NCBI GenBank assembly: GCA_964488805.1
Contig: CAZAVU010000009.1
Span: 7,437 to 71,436 of the forward strand
Length of the DNA: 64,000 nt
Direction: 5' to 3'
Source: an uncultured Odoribacter sp.
GTDB taxonomy: Bacteria; Bacteroidota; Bacteroidia; Bacteroidales; Prolixibacteraceae
Below are positions 19,135-27,756 of the stretch, piece by piece. The notes below the pieces were generated by a model. The model searched no databases and was not told the DNA's origin. It saw only the letters and a list, made by a program, of their open reading frames with translations. Numbering within the stretch: position 1 is the stretch's first letter; each line of letters begins with the position of its first letter. The position numbers were made by a program, and so were the translations under genes.

Positions 19135-20685
19135 ATGAAAATCATACAAATAGTTGTAGCGGCAGGAATCCTTGTGTTTGCAGGAAGTTCGTGTGTTAAG
19201 AAATCCCCTCAGAATGTATCATTACCACAGACTTTTACCTTGACAAAAAGCGAACTAAGCGATAAAATAAAAGGTGGTTGGGCCGGACAAACCATTGGAT
19301 GTACCTATGGCGGACCGGTGGAATTTCTGTTTAATGGAACCATGATTCAGGATTATACTCCAATTACCTGGCCTGATGGAGCAATTAAAAAGTACTACGA
19401 TACTTTCCCCGGTTTGTACGATGATGTGTATATGGACCTGACCTTTGTAAACGCATTTGAGCGATGGGGCCTGGATGCGCCGGTTGATTCTATTGCATTG
19501 GCATTTGCCCGATCGGGGTATCCTTTGTGGCATGGCAATCAGGCTGCGCGTTACAATATTTTACATGGAATAATGCCGCCAGCCTCTGGCAATTGGTTAA
19601 ACAATCCTCATGCTGATGATATTGACTTCCAGATTGAAGCCGACTTTGCAGGGCTGATGTCACCGGGAATGCCCAATACAGCCAGTGAGTTCGCTGATAA
19701 AATTGGCCATATAATTGCTTCAGGAGACGGTTGGTATGGTGGCGTTTTTGTTGGCGCTTTGTATTCGCTTGCATTTGTTTCCAAAGATGTTGAATCAATT
19801 GTTAGCCAAGCCTTGAAAACCATTCCGGCTGAAAGTACTTTTTACCAGTGCATAAGCGATGTGATCAAATGGCACAAACAGTTCCCTTCGGATTGGAAAC
19901 AAACCTGGTTCGAGTGCCAGAAGAAATGGGCTCAAGATTATGGATGCCCCGATGGAGTATTCACAGCATTTGATATCGATTCGAAGATCAACAGCGCTTA
20001 CGTGGTCATGGGCTTGCTTTATGGTCAGGGTGATTTTTTCAAGACGATGGACATCTCGGCCCGTTGCGGTCAGGATGCCGATTGCAACCCGGCAACTGCC
20101 GCCGGTATCCTGGGTGTGATGCTGGGATACAGCAACATTCCTGAATATTGGAAAAAGAACTTGTATGAAGTTGAAGACCGGAATTTTGCTTATACCAGCC
20201 TTTCACTGAATAACGTTTACGAACTGGGGCTAAAGCAGGCACTTCAGGTTATTGCCAGAAATGGCGGACAAATAAATGAAGAAAATATCACTATAGCATG
20301 TCAGAATCCGAAGCCGGTAAGGCTGGAACAATCATTTGCAGGACTTTTCCCTGTTGAAAAGATCACAATGAACAAACAGGTCTCCCAGATATCCGGGTTC
20401 GATTTTACCGGAACCGGAGTAGTTTTTCGTGGTTACGTTCAAAGCACTGATCCCCAATATGTAGCCAAAGTCGAAATGCTGATTGATGGAAAGCTGGTTG
20501 AAACTGCCAGTATGCCTGTTTCAATATCAAACGCCCGCCGGAATGATTTATTCTGGAAATATCAACTGACAAAAGATAAACACACGGTTATCTTTAAATG
20601 GTTGAATCCCAATTCGAATGCAACAGTTAGTTTTATTGATGCTGTTATTTATTCCGATACATTGACTGCTGTTAACCATCAATGA
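19135..20685 (+). CDS. ADP-ribosylglycohydrolase-family lipoprotein
   Basis: Lipobox GSSC; DKIKGGWAGQ.IG, DDVYMD, DGWYGGVFV, GQDADCN.AT.AGILG; extra C-terminal beta domain. Confidence 0.82.
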   Translation: MKIIQIVVAAGILVFAGSSCVKKSPQNVSLPQTFTLTKSELSDKIKGGWAGQTIGCTYGGPVEFLFNGTMIQDYTPITWPDGAIKKYYDTFPGLYDDVYMDLTFVNAFERWGLDAPVDSIALAFARSGYPLWHGNQAARYNILHGIMPPASGNWLNNPHADDIDFQIEADFAGLMSPGMPNTASEFADKIGHIIASGDGWYGGVFVGALYSLAFVSKDVESIVSQALKTIPAESTFYQCISDVIKWHKQFPSDWKQTWFECQKKWAQDYGCPDGVFTAFDIDSKINSAYVVMGLLYGQGDFFKTMDISARCGQDADCNPATAAGILGVMLGYSNIPEYWKKNLYEVEDRNFAYTSLSLNNVYELGLKQALQVIARNGGQINEENITIACQNPKPVRLEQSFAGLFPVEKITMNKQVSQISGFDFTGTGVVFRGYVQSTDPQYVAKVEMLIDGKLVETASMPVSISNARRNDLFWKYQLTKDKHTVIFKWLNPNSNATVSFIDAVIYSDTLTAVNHQ

Positions 20686-20713
20686 ACTTACAGGAATAAA
20701 TACAAATGATTGT

Positions 20714-20744
20714 TTTGTTTTCCGGGGATAAACCTATATATTTG
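20714..20744 (+). promoter_or_regulatory. Bacteroidota primary-sigma promoter of the LexA-like gene
   Basis: TTTG (20714-17), 19-bp spacer, TATATTTG (20737-44), matching the -33/-7 consensus TTTG / TAnnTTTG. Confidence 0.7.
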
Positions 20745-20782
20745 TTTATATTTTAATCCAGTCAGAAGATTAGTTTTTAATC
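20744..20782. promoter_or_regulatory. Tandem palindromic operators, candidate sites for the LexA-like repressor
   Basis: GTTTA-tattt-TAATC (20744-58) and perfect GATTA-gtttt-TAATC (20768-82), 24 bp apart, between the -7 element and the ATG. Confidence 0.6.
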
Positions 20783-20801
20783 CAAATATAAACAATCAAT
20801 C

Positions 20802-21614
20802 ATGTATTTTAGCAGCAACATCAAATTTTTAAGGTCTCGTAAAAAATTCACTCAGGACCAGCTTGCAGTGTCGTTAGATATTAAACGGTCGACCCTGAAT
20901 AATTATGAGAATGACATTTCAGGCCCCAGCATTCCGATGTTGATTTTATTATCCGATTACTTTCATGTTGCCATTGACACACTTTTGAGGGTCGATCTTT
21001 CCAAATTACGCGAAAGTCAGCTATATGAACTTGAGCATGGTCAGGATATCTTTCTGAAAGGCAGTAACATTCGAGTTTTGGCTACTACGGTCGATCGTCA
21101 AAACCGCGATAATATCGAATTGGTTTCCGAAAAAGCTAAGGCTGGCTATACCAATGGATTTGCAGATCCTGAATATATTTCAGAACTGCCTGTTTTTCAG
21201 TTGCCTTTTTTGTCTTCCGAACGAAAATACCGTACGTTTCAGATTAATGGAGATTCGATGTTGCCCATTCCCGATGGTGCGTGGATTACAGGAGAATTTG
21301 TCCAAAATTGGGATGAAATTAAAACCGGAGGTTTATACGTGGTTCTCACCTTGAATGAAGGTCTTGTTTTTAAACAATTAAAAAATGAATTAACCGAACG
21401 CGGGTGTTTCCAGATGATTTCGCTGAACAATTTGTATCAGACATACGAGTTGGCAGCTACTGAAATTCGTGAAATATGGAAATTTGTACACTATATCAGT
21501 CACGAAGTTGGAGAACCTCCGATGACAGAATCTCAGGTAAGTGCGCAGCTTAAAAAACTGACTGAAGAAATCCGAAGTTTAAAGCAAAAATTTGAAAAAC
21601 AGGTTGAGTCATAG
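20802..21614 (+). CDS. XRE-HTH / S24 peptidase LexA-like (SOS-type) repressor
   Basis: HTH (NIKFLR...TQDQLA...RSTLNNYE); Ala-Gly cleavage site KAGY; catalytic Ser in GDSM and Lys in VFKQL. Confidence 0.85.
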   Translation: MYFSSNIKFLRSRKKFTQDQLAVSLDIKRSTLNNYENDISGPSIPMLILLSDYFHVAIDTLLRVDLSKLRESQLYELEHGQDIFLKGSNIRVLATTVDRQNRDNIELVSEKAKAGYTNGFADPEYISELPVFQLPFLSSERKYRTFQINGDSMLPIPDGAWITGEFVQNWDEIKTGGLYVVLTLNEGLVFKQLKNELTERGCFQMISLNNLYQTYELAATEIREIWKFVHYISHEVGEPPMTESQVSAQLKKLTEEIRSLKQKFEKQVES

Positions 21615-21638
21615 AATCTGAATTTCTTAAAAAAGTAG

Positions 21639-21660
21639 TAGGGAGCCGGGCGGCTCCCTA
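21639..21660. terminator. GC-rich hairpin between convergent genes
   Basis: TAGGGAGCCG-gg-CGGCTCCCTA. Confidence 0.7.
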
Positions 21661-21670
21661 TTCATCTACA

Positions 21671-21895
21671 TTATTGCGATTCGTGAAAAAGGGACTTTTT
21701 TTCTCTGACTGACAGGCACCGTTGATGGATTGCAATCATGTTCATTTTTTCAGCAACAGACAGTGATTCAAAATAAGTCAGTCGTTCCTTTGATGTTGAT
21801 AATTGCCGTAGTTTTTTAAAAGCGCAACCTGTTACTTCAGTGTCTACAGGACAATTGAAGATAAGACCATAATAGTTTGTATAACTATTTCCCAT
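21671..21895 (-). CDS. Small hypothetical protein (74 aa, three Cys)
   Basis: Fills the gap between the LexA-like gene and ffh; TAAGGAG 8 nt upstream of ATG; ends next to the hairpin. Confidence 0.6.
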   Translation of the reverse strand: MGNSYTNYYGLIFNCPVDTEVTGCAFKKLRQLSTSKERLTYFESLSVAEKMNMIAIHQRCLSVREKKSLFHESQ

Positions 21896-22064
21896 ATCCT
21901 ACACTCCTTAACAAACTAACGTTCTACGCTTGTTTATTCTTTCAAGGCCGAAAAGGTAACCCCGTAAAAACCGGATATTTTTAAATTTTGAGTTATACAG
22001 GCTCTTTGGCAGATTTTTATATTTTTGCAAGAGTTTTTACAAAATGTAAATCTTTTAATTAGAT

Positions 22065-23396
22065 ATGTTTGAGAATCTGAACGAAAAGCTGGAACGGTCG
22101 TTTAAACTTCTGAAAGGTCAGGGGAAAATTACCGAAATTAATGTTGCAGAAACTTTAAAAGAAGTTCGCCGTGCATTACTCGATGCCGACGTTAACTTTA
22201 AGATAGCCAAATCATTTACTGAAAACGTGCGCAAGAAGGCACTGGGTATGGATGTGCTGAATGCCATTAAGCCCAGTCAGTTGATGGTAAAGATCGTCCA
22301 TGATGAGCTGTCCGAATTAATGGGTGGAAAGTTTGTTGACATTAACTTAAAAGGAAATCCATCGGTTATTTTAATTGCAGGGCTTCAGGGATCCGGGAAA
22401 ACTACTTTTTCAGGCAAACTGGCTAAAATGCTAAAAAGTAAAAAAGGCCGTCATCCAATGCTTGTGGCCTGCGATGTTTATCGTCCTGCAGCTATCGAAC
22501 AGTTGAAAGTTCTTGGACAGCAGATTAGTGTCCCGGTATATACCGAAGATGGAAGCATGAATCCGGTCAAAATTGCCCAGGAAGCTATCCGTCAGGCAAA
22601 AATGCAAGGGAACGACGTGGTAATTATCGATACCGCCGGTCGTTTGGCTATCGATCAGGAAATGATGAACGAAATAAGTGCGGTAAAAGATGCCGTTAAA
22701 CCTCATGAAATTTTGTTCGTTGTTGATTCAATGACTGGTCAGGATGCTGTCAATACAGCAAAAGAATTCAATGACAGGCTTGATTTTGATGGAGTTGTTC
22801 TTACCAAACTCGATGGTGATACCCGTGGTGGTGCAGCCCTTTCAATTCGCTCAGTAGTTGATAAGCCTATCAAGTTCGTTGGAACAGGCGAAAAAATGGA
22901 AGCCTTGGATAATTTTCATCCGGAACGTATGGCCGACCGTATTCTTGGGATGGGAGATATCGTTTCATTGGTTGAGAAAGCTCAGGAACAGTTTGATGAA
23001 GAAGAAGCCCGGAAACTTCAGCAAAAGCTTGCAAAGAATCAATTCAGCTTTACCGATTTTCTGAAGCAAATTCAACAGATCAAAAAAATGGGGAACCTGA
23101 AAGATCTTGCAGGAATGATCCCGGGAATGGGAAAAGCATTGAAAGATGTCCAGATTGAAGATGATGCCTTTAAACATATTGAAGCAATCATTTATTCAAT
23201 GACCCCGGCAGAGAGGGAAGATCCGAGTATATTGAATGGAACTCGGCGCAAACGTATTGCCGACGGTTCAGGAACCAACATCCAGGAAGTAAACCGCTTG
23301 ATCAAACAGTTTTCCGAAACCAGAAAAATGATGCGTATCGTTTCTCAGGGAAACAACATGAAGCGGATGATGGGAAATATGGGTGCCAGACGATAG
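22065..23396 (+). CDS. ffh: Signal recognition particle protein
   Basis: GLQGSGKTT, DTAGR, TKLDGDTRGG, Met-rich M domain; TATTTTTG -7 element at 22020-27. Confidence 0.98.
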   Translation: MFENLNEKLERSFKLLKGQGKITEINVAETLKEVRRALLDADVNFKIAKSFTENVRKKALGMDVLNAIKPSQLMVKIVHDELSELMGGKFVDINLKGNPSVILIAGLQGSGKTTFSGKLAKMLKSKKGRHPMLVACDVYRPAAIEQLKVLGQQISVPVYTEDGSMNPVKIAQEAIRQAKMQGNDVVIIDTAGRLAIDQEMMNEISAVKDAVKPHEILFVVDSMTGQDAVNTAKEFNDRLDFDGVVLTKLDGDTRGGAALSIRSVVDKPIKFVGTGEKMEALDNFHPERMADRILGMGDIVSLVEKAQEQFDEEEARKLQQKLAKNQFSFTDFLKQIQQIKKMGNLKDLAGMIPGMGKALKDVQIEDDAFKHIEAIIYSMTPAEREDPSILNGTRRKRIADGSGTNIQEVNRLIKQFSETRKMMRIVSQGNNMKRMMGNMGARR

Positions 23397-23417
23397 ATAA
23401 CTGATAAACTTTTATTT

Positions 23418-24284
23418 ATGATACTAATTGACGGAAAAAAAACAGCCGACGAAATTAAAAAAGAAATTGCTGAAGAAGTTAAACAAATAGTTTCGTCAGG
23501 CAAACGAGCTCCACATCTGGCCGCTGTTTTGGTTGGACACGATGGAGGCAGTGAAACCTATGTGGCCTTTAAAATTAAGGATTGCGAAGAAGTGGGTTTC
23601 CGTTCGTCGCTGATCAGATTTGAAGACGATGTAACAGAGGAAGAATTGCTTGCCAAAGTTGACGAATTGAACAACGATGCAAATCTGGATGGCTTCATCG
23701 TACAATTACCTCTGCCCAAGCATATCTCAGAACAAAAAATCATTGAAGCAATTAATCCCCGAAAAGATGTGGACGGTTTTCATCCTGAAAATGTTGGCCG
23801 GCTTGTTCTTGGATTGCCAGCTTTTTTATCGGCCACTCCCTATGGAATAGTTGAATTACTAAAAAGATACCAGATACCGACTTCCGGTAAAAATTGTGTG
23901 ATTGTTGGTCGCAGCAATATTGTTGGCCGGCCATTAAGCATCCTGATGTCGCAAAAAGCTGTAAATGCCACGGTAACAGTTGCTCACAGCCAGACCAAAG
24001 ACCTTGACAAAGTGTGCGCAGAAGCTGACATATTAATTGCAGCGCTTGGTTCACCCGAGTTTATCAAAGCTAACATGGTCAAAGAAGGAGCTGTGGTCAT
24101 TGATGTAGGAACCACTCGCGTAAGTGCTCCTGAAACAAAATCGGGCTGGCGTTTAAAGGGCGATGTAAAATTTGACGAAGTCGCTCCCAAATGCTCATTT
24201 ATCACTCCTGTTCCTGGAGGGGTTGGACCGATGACAAGGGTTTCTCTTTTACAAAACACCTTGCTCGCTGCTAAAAGAGGATAG
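23418..24284 (+). CDS. folD: Bifunctional methylenetetrahydrofolate dehydrogenase/cyclohydrolase
   Basis: [32 protein letters not shown]. Confidence 0.97.
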   Translation: MILIDGKKTADEIKKEIAEEVKQIVSSGKRAPHLAAVLVGHDGGSETYVAFKIKDCEEVGFRSSLIRFEDDVTEEELLAKVDELNNDANLDGFIVQLPLPKHISEQKIIEAINPRKDVDGFHPENVGRLVLGLPAFLSATPYGIVELLKRYQIPTSGKNCVIVGRSNIVGRPLSILMSQKAVNATVTVAHSQTKDLDKVCAEADILIAALGSPEFIKANMVKEGAVVIDVGTTRVSAPETKSGWRLKGDVKFDEVAPKCSFITPVPGGVGPMTRVSLLQNTLLAAKRG

Positions 24285-24307
24285 AAAGATTTTATACATG
24301 ATTATTT

Positions 24308-24332
24308 AAAGGTGCTTCCCAGCACCTTTTTT
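24308..24332 (+). terminator. Intrinsic terminator after folD
   Basis: AAAGGTGCT-tccc-AGCACCTTT followed by TTT. Confidence 0.75.
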
Positions 24333-24410
24333 GTTTCATTTGTTTAACTTTAAGTCTGATTTAAGTTGAAAATAATATGTTGCAAAATCAATCATCGAAA
24401 TAATATCAAA

Positions 24411-25220
24411 ATGAAAAAGCATTTATTAAAACTTAGTTTATTAGTATTCATTTACACTTTCATTCAATCCTGTAGCACAGTTCCGTTGATTGGCCGAAAA
24501 CAAGTCAGCCTTTTACCTGAATCCAATATGGTTGAAATGAGTTTGACCAGTTATAGTCAATTCCTAAAGGAAAATAAACTCTCTGCAAATAAGGAACAGT
24601 CAGATATAGTGAAGAGAGTAGGAGCCCGAATGTCGGTTGCAGTTGAAAAATATTTACAGGAAAACGGATATCAGGATCGGATTGCGGACTTCAAATGGGA
24701 GTTTAATCTGGTAGAAAGCTCTGAAGTAAATGCGTGGTGTATGCCTGGAGGAAAAGTTGTTTTTTATACTGGAATTTTGCCTTTGACAAAGAATGATGCT
24801 GGAATTGCAGTAGTAATGTCACATGAAATTGCACATGCTGTTGCCCGTCACGGGAACGAGCGAATGAGTCAGCAATTGTTGGTTCAGTTTGGGGGAGTTG
24901 CTCTTTCGGAAGCATTAAAAACTAAACCGGAACAAACACAGACGCTTTTTCAGGCTGCTTATGGCTTGGGAACTCAATATGGAGTAATGTTGCCTTATTC
25001 TCGTCAACACGAGTACGAAGCTGACAAAATGGGGCTCATTTTTATGGCAATGGCTGGGTACGATCCCAATGAGGCTGTTGGCTTTTGGGAACGAATGGCT
25101 GCAAATTCAGCTGCTAAAGTGCCTGAATTTTTAAGTACTCACCCTGTTGAACAAAACAGAATCGCAGCAATTAAAGCTAATATGCCAGAAGCTCTGAAAA
25201 TTTATAAGGGGAAACAATAA
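24411..25220 (+). CDS. M48-family zinc metallopeptidase lipoprotein (LoiP/YggG-like)
   Basis: Lipobox IQSC; NAWCMPGG, HEIAH, YSRQHEYEAD, LSTHP. Confidence 0.92.
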   Translation: MKKHLLKLSLLVFIYTFIQSCSTVPLIGRKQVSLLPESNMVEMSLTSYSQFLKENKLSANKEQSDIVKRVGARMSVAVEKYLQENGYQDRIADFKWEFNLVESSEVNAWCMPGGKVVFYTGILPLTKNDAGIAVVMSHEIAHAVARHGNERMSQQLLVQFGGVALSEALKTKPEQTQTLFQAAYGLGTQYGVMLPYSRQHEYEADKMGLIFMAMAGYDPNEAVGFWERMAANSAAKVPEFLSTHPVEQNRIAAIKANMPEALKIYKGKQ

Positions 25221-25377
25221 AATTGGCTAGGGAAATCCTGAGGTTTCCGTCAATGGTTAATGGTATTATCATTCTTTACATTTTATGTTAGCATATTTAT
25301 TAACATTTTTTAATTATTCTCATTTTTTTTATTTATTTTTGAAGGTATAACTATGGAATAAACTTAAAAAGAGCAAG

Positions 25378-25776
25378 ATGGAAGACTTTGAAAAAAATGA
25401 AGAAAGAATGGAAAGTGACAGTAAGTTTAGAGAAGAAATCTATTCAAAAGCTGTCAGAGCCGGAAAGAGAACATATTTTTTCGATGTTAAATCAACGAGA
25501 AGAGATGATTTTTATTTGACTATAACAGAAAGTAAAAAACGTTTTGAGCAGGATGGAAATTTCCATTTCGAAAAACATAAAATTTTTCTGTATCGTGAAG
25601 ACTTTGAAAAATTTGTAGAGGGTCTACAGGAAGTGATCACTTACATTGATCAGAACCAGTTTGATGAGCTTGATAATCAATACGATTACGAAGAACATGA
25701 AGGTAATTTGCAAATGGTTCTGGAGGAAGTTGAAGAAGACAAAGATTTCACGAAACTGGATTTTGAGAACCTATGA
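25378..25776 (+). CDS. PUR-alpha-like nucleic-acid-binding protein (DUF3276)
   Basis: IYSKAVRAGKRTYFFDVK...YLTITESKK...KHKIFLY.EDF; TATTTTTG at 25334-41. Confidence 0.88.
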   Translation: MEDFEKNEERMESDSKFREEIYSKAVRAGKRTYFFDVKSTRRDDFYLTITESKKRFEQDGNFHFEKHKIFLYREDFEKFVEGLQEVITYIDQNQFDELDNQYDYEEHEGNLQMVLEEVEEDKDFTKLDFENL

Positions 25777-25870
25777 AGATGCTGCAAACGTGCAGAACCT
25801 TTTAACTTTGAGATATTCCCTCATCCTTTTGATTATCATCTGACCTAAAGATATGTATATAGTAAACTAT

Positions 25871-25928
25871 TGCTCTATAACTTAAAACGACCATCTTGAT
25901 TAAGATGGTCGTTTTAAGTTATAGAGCA
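25871..25928. repeat. 27-bp perfect inverted repeat
   Basis: TGCTCTATAACTTAAAACGACCATCTT-gatt-AAGATGGTCGTTTTAAGTTATAGAGCA between convergent genes. Confidence 0.9.
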
Positions 25929-25966
25929 CAACTGATGTTTATTTCACAAAAGCCAGAGGAAAATGC

Positions 25967-26212
25967 TTATCGTTTATGCTGGTGTTTTAAAATTTGCTGA
26001 CGCGTCCGGCTTCTGAAATTGCTTTCCCCATGATTATCGTTGGTGCCTGTATATAGTATTGTAAACAAATAAATTAAAGCACCACTGATAAAAACGAATC
26101 CGACATATCGCAGTGAATTCTGAACTGCAATTAAAATTACTATCCCAACCACAAAGAAGCTCATTCCCAGGATAAAATGGGAATCTCTCATCATTTGATT
26201 TGTAGTTTTCAT
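25967..26212 (-). CDS. Small two-TM membrane protein (81 aa)
   Basis: ATG at 26212 preceded by AAAGGAGGT at 5-nt spacing; two hydrophobic helices and a basic tail. Confidence 0.65.
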   Translation of the reverse strand: MKTTNQMMRDSHFILGMSFFVVGIVILIAVQNSLRYVGFVFISGALIYLFTILYTGTNDNHGESNFRSRTRQQILKHQHKR

Positions 26213-26354
26213 AACCGACCTCCTTTCCCCTATTTTGTGTTTCTTGTTACGGATTAGCAAAGCTCTTTGTTCCATTTGAAGGATCACACGAAAAGCCAGA
26301 CTTCTGATTTTGTCCAATAATTGTTTTCTTTGAGCTAAAATTCATTAGATAATT

Positions 26355-27695
26355 GTGGTTTTTTCAGAATACATTCCAGTTTACAGGAAAAATCTGACAC
26401 TCGCGATACCTGTCATTTTTGCTCAAATTGGGCAAGTCACTGTTAATCTTGTCGATAATATAATGGTCGGCCATGTTGGAACAGCAGACTTGGCAGCAGC
26501 TTCTTTTGCAATCAATATTTTCAACATCGGGATGTTATTTGGTATTGGTGTGACTTATGCCTTAACACCTTTGGTAGGCCATTCCTATTCCTCAAAAAAG
26601 AATGAAAATGTTGGGGGCTGGTTCAAAAATGGTCTTTTAGTTCACTTTGTTTTTTCGGTTTTGTTATGCGCTGTGATGTCATTGCTTGTTTTTTTCATGA
26701 ATCAAATGGGCCAAAGTGAAGAAGTCGTCAGGAAAGCTGTCCCATTCTTCTTGCTTCAAGTTGCATCATTAATACCGATGATGTTGTTTTTCTCAATCAA
26801 GCAATTTTTTGAAGGGATTGGAAATACCAAAATAGCAATGGCTATAACAGTTATTGCGAATATTGTCAATATAGCATTAAACTATATTTTAATCTATGGA
26901 AAGTTAGGTTTTCCTGCGTTAGGTTTAAATGGGGCAGGTTTGGCATCGCTGTGTGCCAGAATTCTTATGCCAGTCTTATTTCTGTTATTTGTACTAAAAA
27001 AGTCCTCGTTTCGGACTTATTTCAATCATGCGCGAGAATCAGGTTTCGAAAAGGAAAAAATCAGGAAAATTGCTTTCATTGGTCTGCCTATTGGATTGCA
27101 ATTGGTCATTGAAGTTTTGTCCTTTAGCTTAGGTGCAATTATGTTGGGATGGATCTCAAAAGAATCGATTGCCGGGCATCAGGTTGCAATTGGTATGGCT
27201 TCGATGACTTATATGATTTCATTCGGCCTGTCTTCGGGGACTACGATAAGAATAAGCCATGCTTTTGGCCAACGAAATCGCACAGAACTTCGCAAAACTG
27301 TATTTGCTTCTCTTCATCTTGTTGTGGCATTTATGACACTGATGGGAATCTTATTCGTTCTTTTCAGGAATTACTTACCCCGGTTGTTCACCTCTGATCC
27401 TGCAGTCATTTCAGTTGCTGCCAGCTTGTTGGTTGTTGCGGCATTCTTTCAGATTTTTGATGGGCTGCAAGTTGTTTTATTAGGTGTTTTGCGTGGAATA
27501 GCCGATGTTAGAGTGCCGATGTACCTTGCTTTTTTTTCCTATATTGTTTTAAGCCTGCCGACCAGTTATTTGTTTGCATTTGTTTTAAACATGGGTCCTC
27601 CTGGCGTTTGGATAGGATTTGTCTTTGGTCTTTCGTCAGCCGCTCTATTCTTCGGGCTTAGACTGAAAAGGCAGTTGTTTGCCTTAGGTATGTAA
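26355..27695 (+). CDS. MATE-family efflux transporter
   Basis: LAIPVI..Q....VDNIMVGH.G, LGLNGAGLAS, FQIFDGLQ, GPPGVWIG; about 12 TMs. Confidence 0.93.
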   Translation: MVFSEYIPVYRKNLTLAIPVIFAQIGQVTVNLVDNIMVGHVGTADLAAASFAINIFNIGMLFGIGVTYALTPLVGHSYSSKKNENVGGWFKNGLLVHFVFSVLLCAVMSLLVFFMNQMGQSEEVVRKAVPFFLLQVASLIPMMLFFSIKQFFEGIGNTKIAMAITVIANIVNIALNYILIYGKLGFPALGLNGAGLASLCARILMPVLFLLFVLKKSSFRTYFNHARESGFEKEKIRKIAFIGLPIGLQLVIEVLSFSLGAIMLGWISKESIAGHQVAIGMASMTYMISFGLSSGTTIRISHAFGQRNRTELRKTVFASLHLVVAFMTLMGILFVLFRNYLPRLFTSDPAVISVAASLLVVAAFFQIFDGLQVVLLGVLRGIADVRVPMYLAFFSYIVLSLPTSYLFAFVLNMGPPGVWIGFVFGLSSAALFFGLRLKRQLFALGM

Positions 27696-27697
27696 GT

Positions 27698-27737
27698 AAA
27701 AAAGGCAATCTGAAAATTAATTCAAATTGCCTTTTTT
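27698..27737. terminator. Bidirectional intrinsic terminator
   Basis: AAAAAAGGCAAT...ATTGCCTTTTTT between convergent genes. Confidence 0.75.
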
Positions 27738-27756
27738 AATGATTGTCAAAGTACCT

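Noticed and set aside
20802..21614. Prophage CI repressor interpretation
   Set aside because: No integrase, cro, or phage structural or replication genes nearby
24311..24326. The folD terminator stem (GGTGCTTCCCAGCACC) resembles the susC leader hairpin (GGTGTTCCCGCACC)
   Set aside because: Too short to distinguish from coincidence, and the contexts differ
26213..26317. N-terminal extensions given by the ORF track (also at 11027, 12084, 24366, 28671, 31271, 59067)
   Set aside because: Downstream ATGs fit signal peptides, RBS context or gene boundaries better
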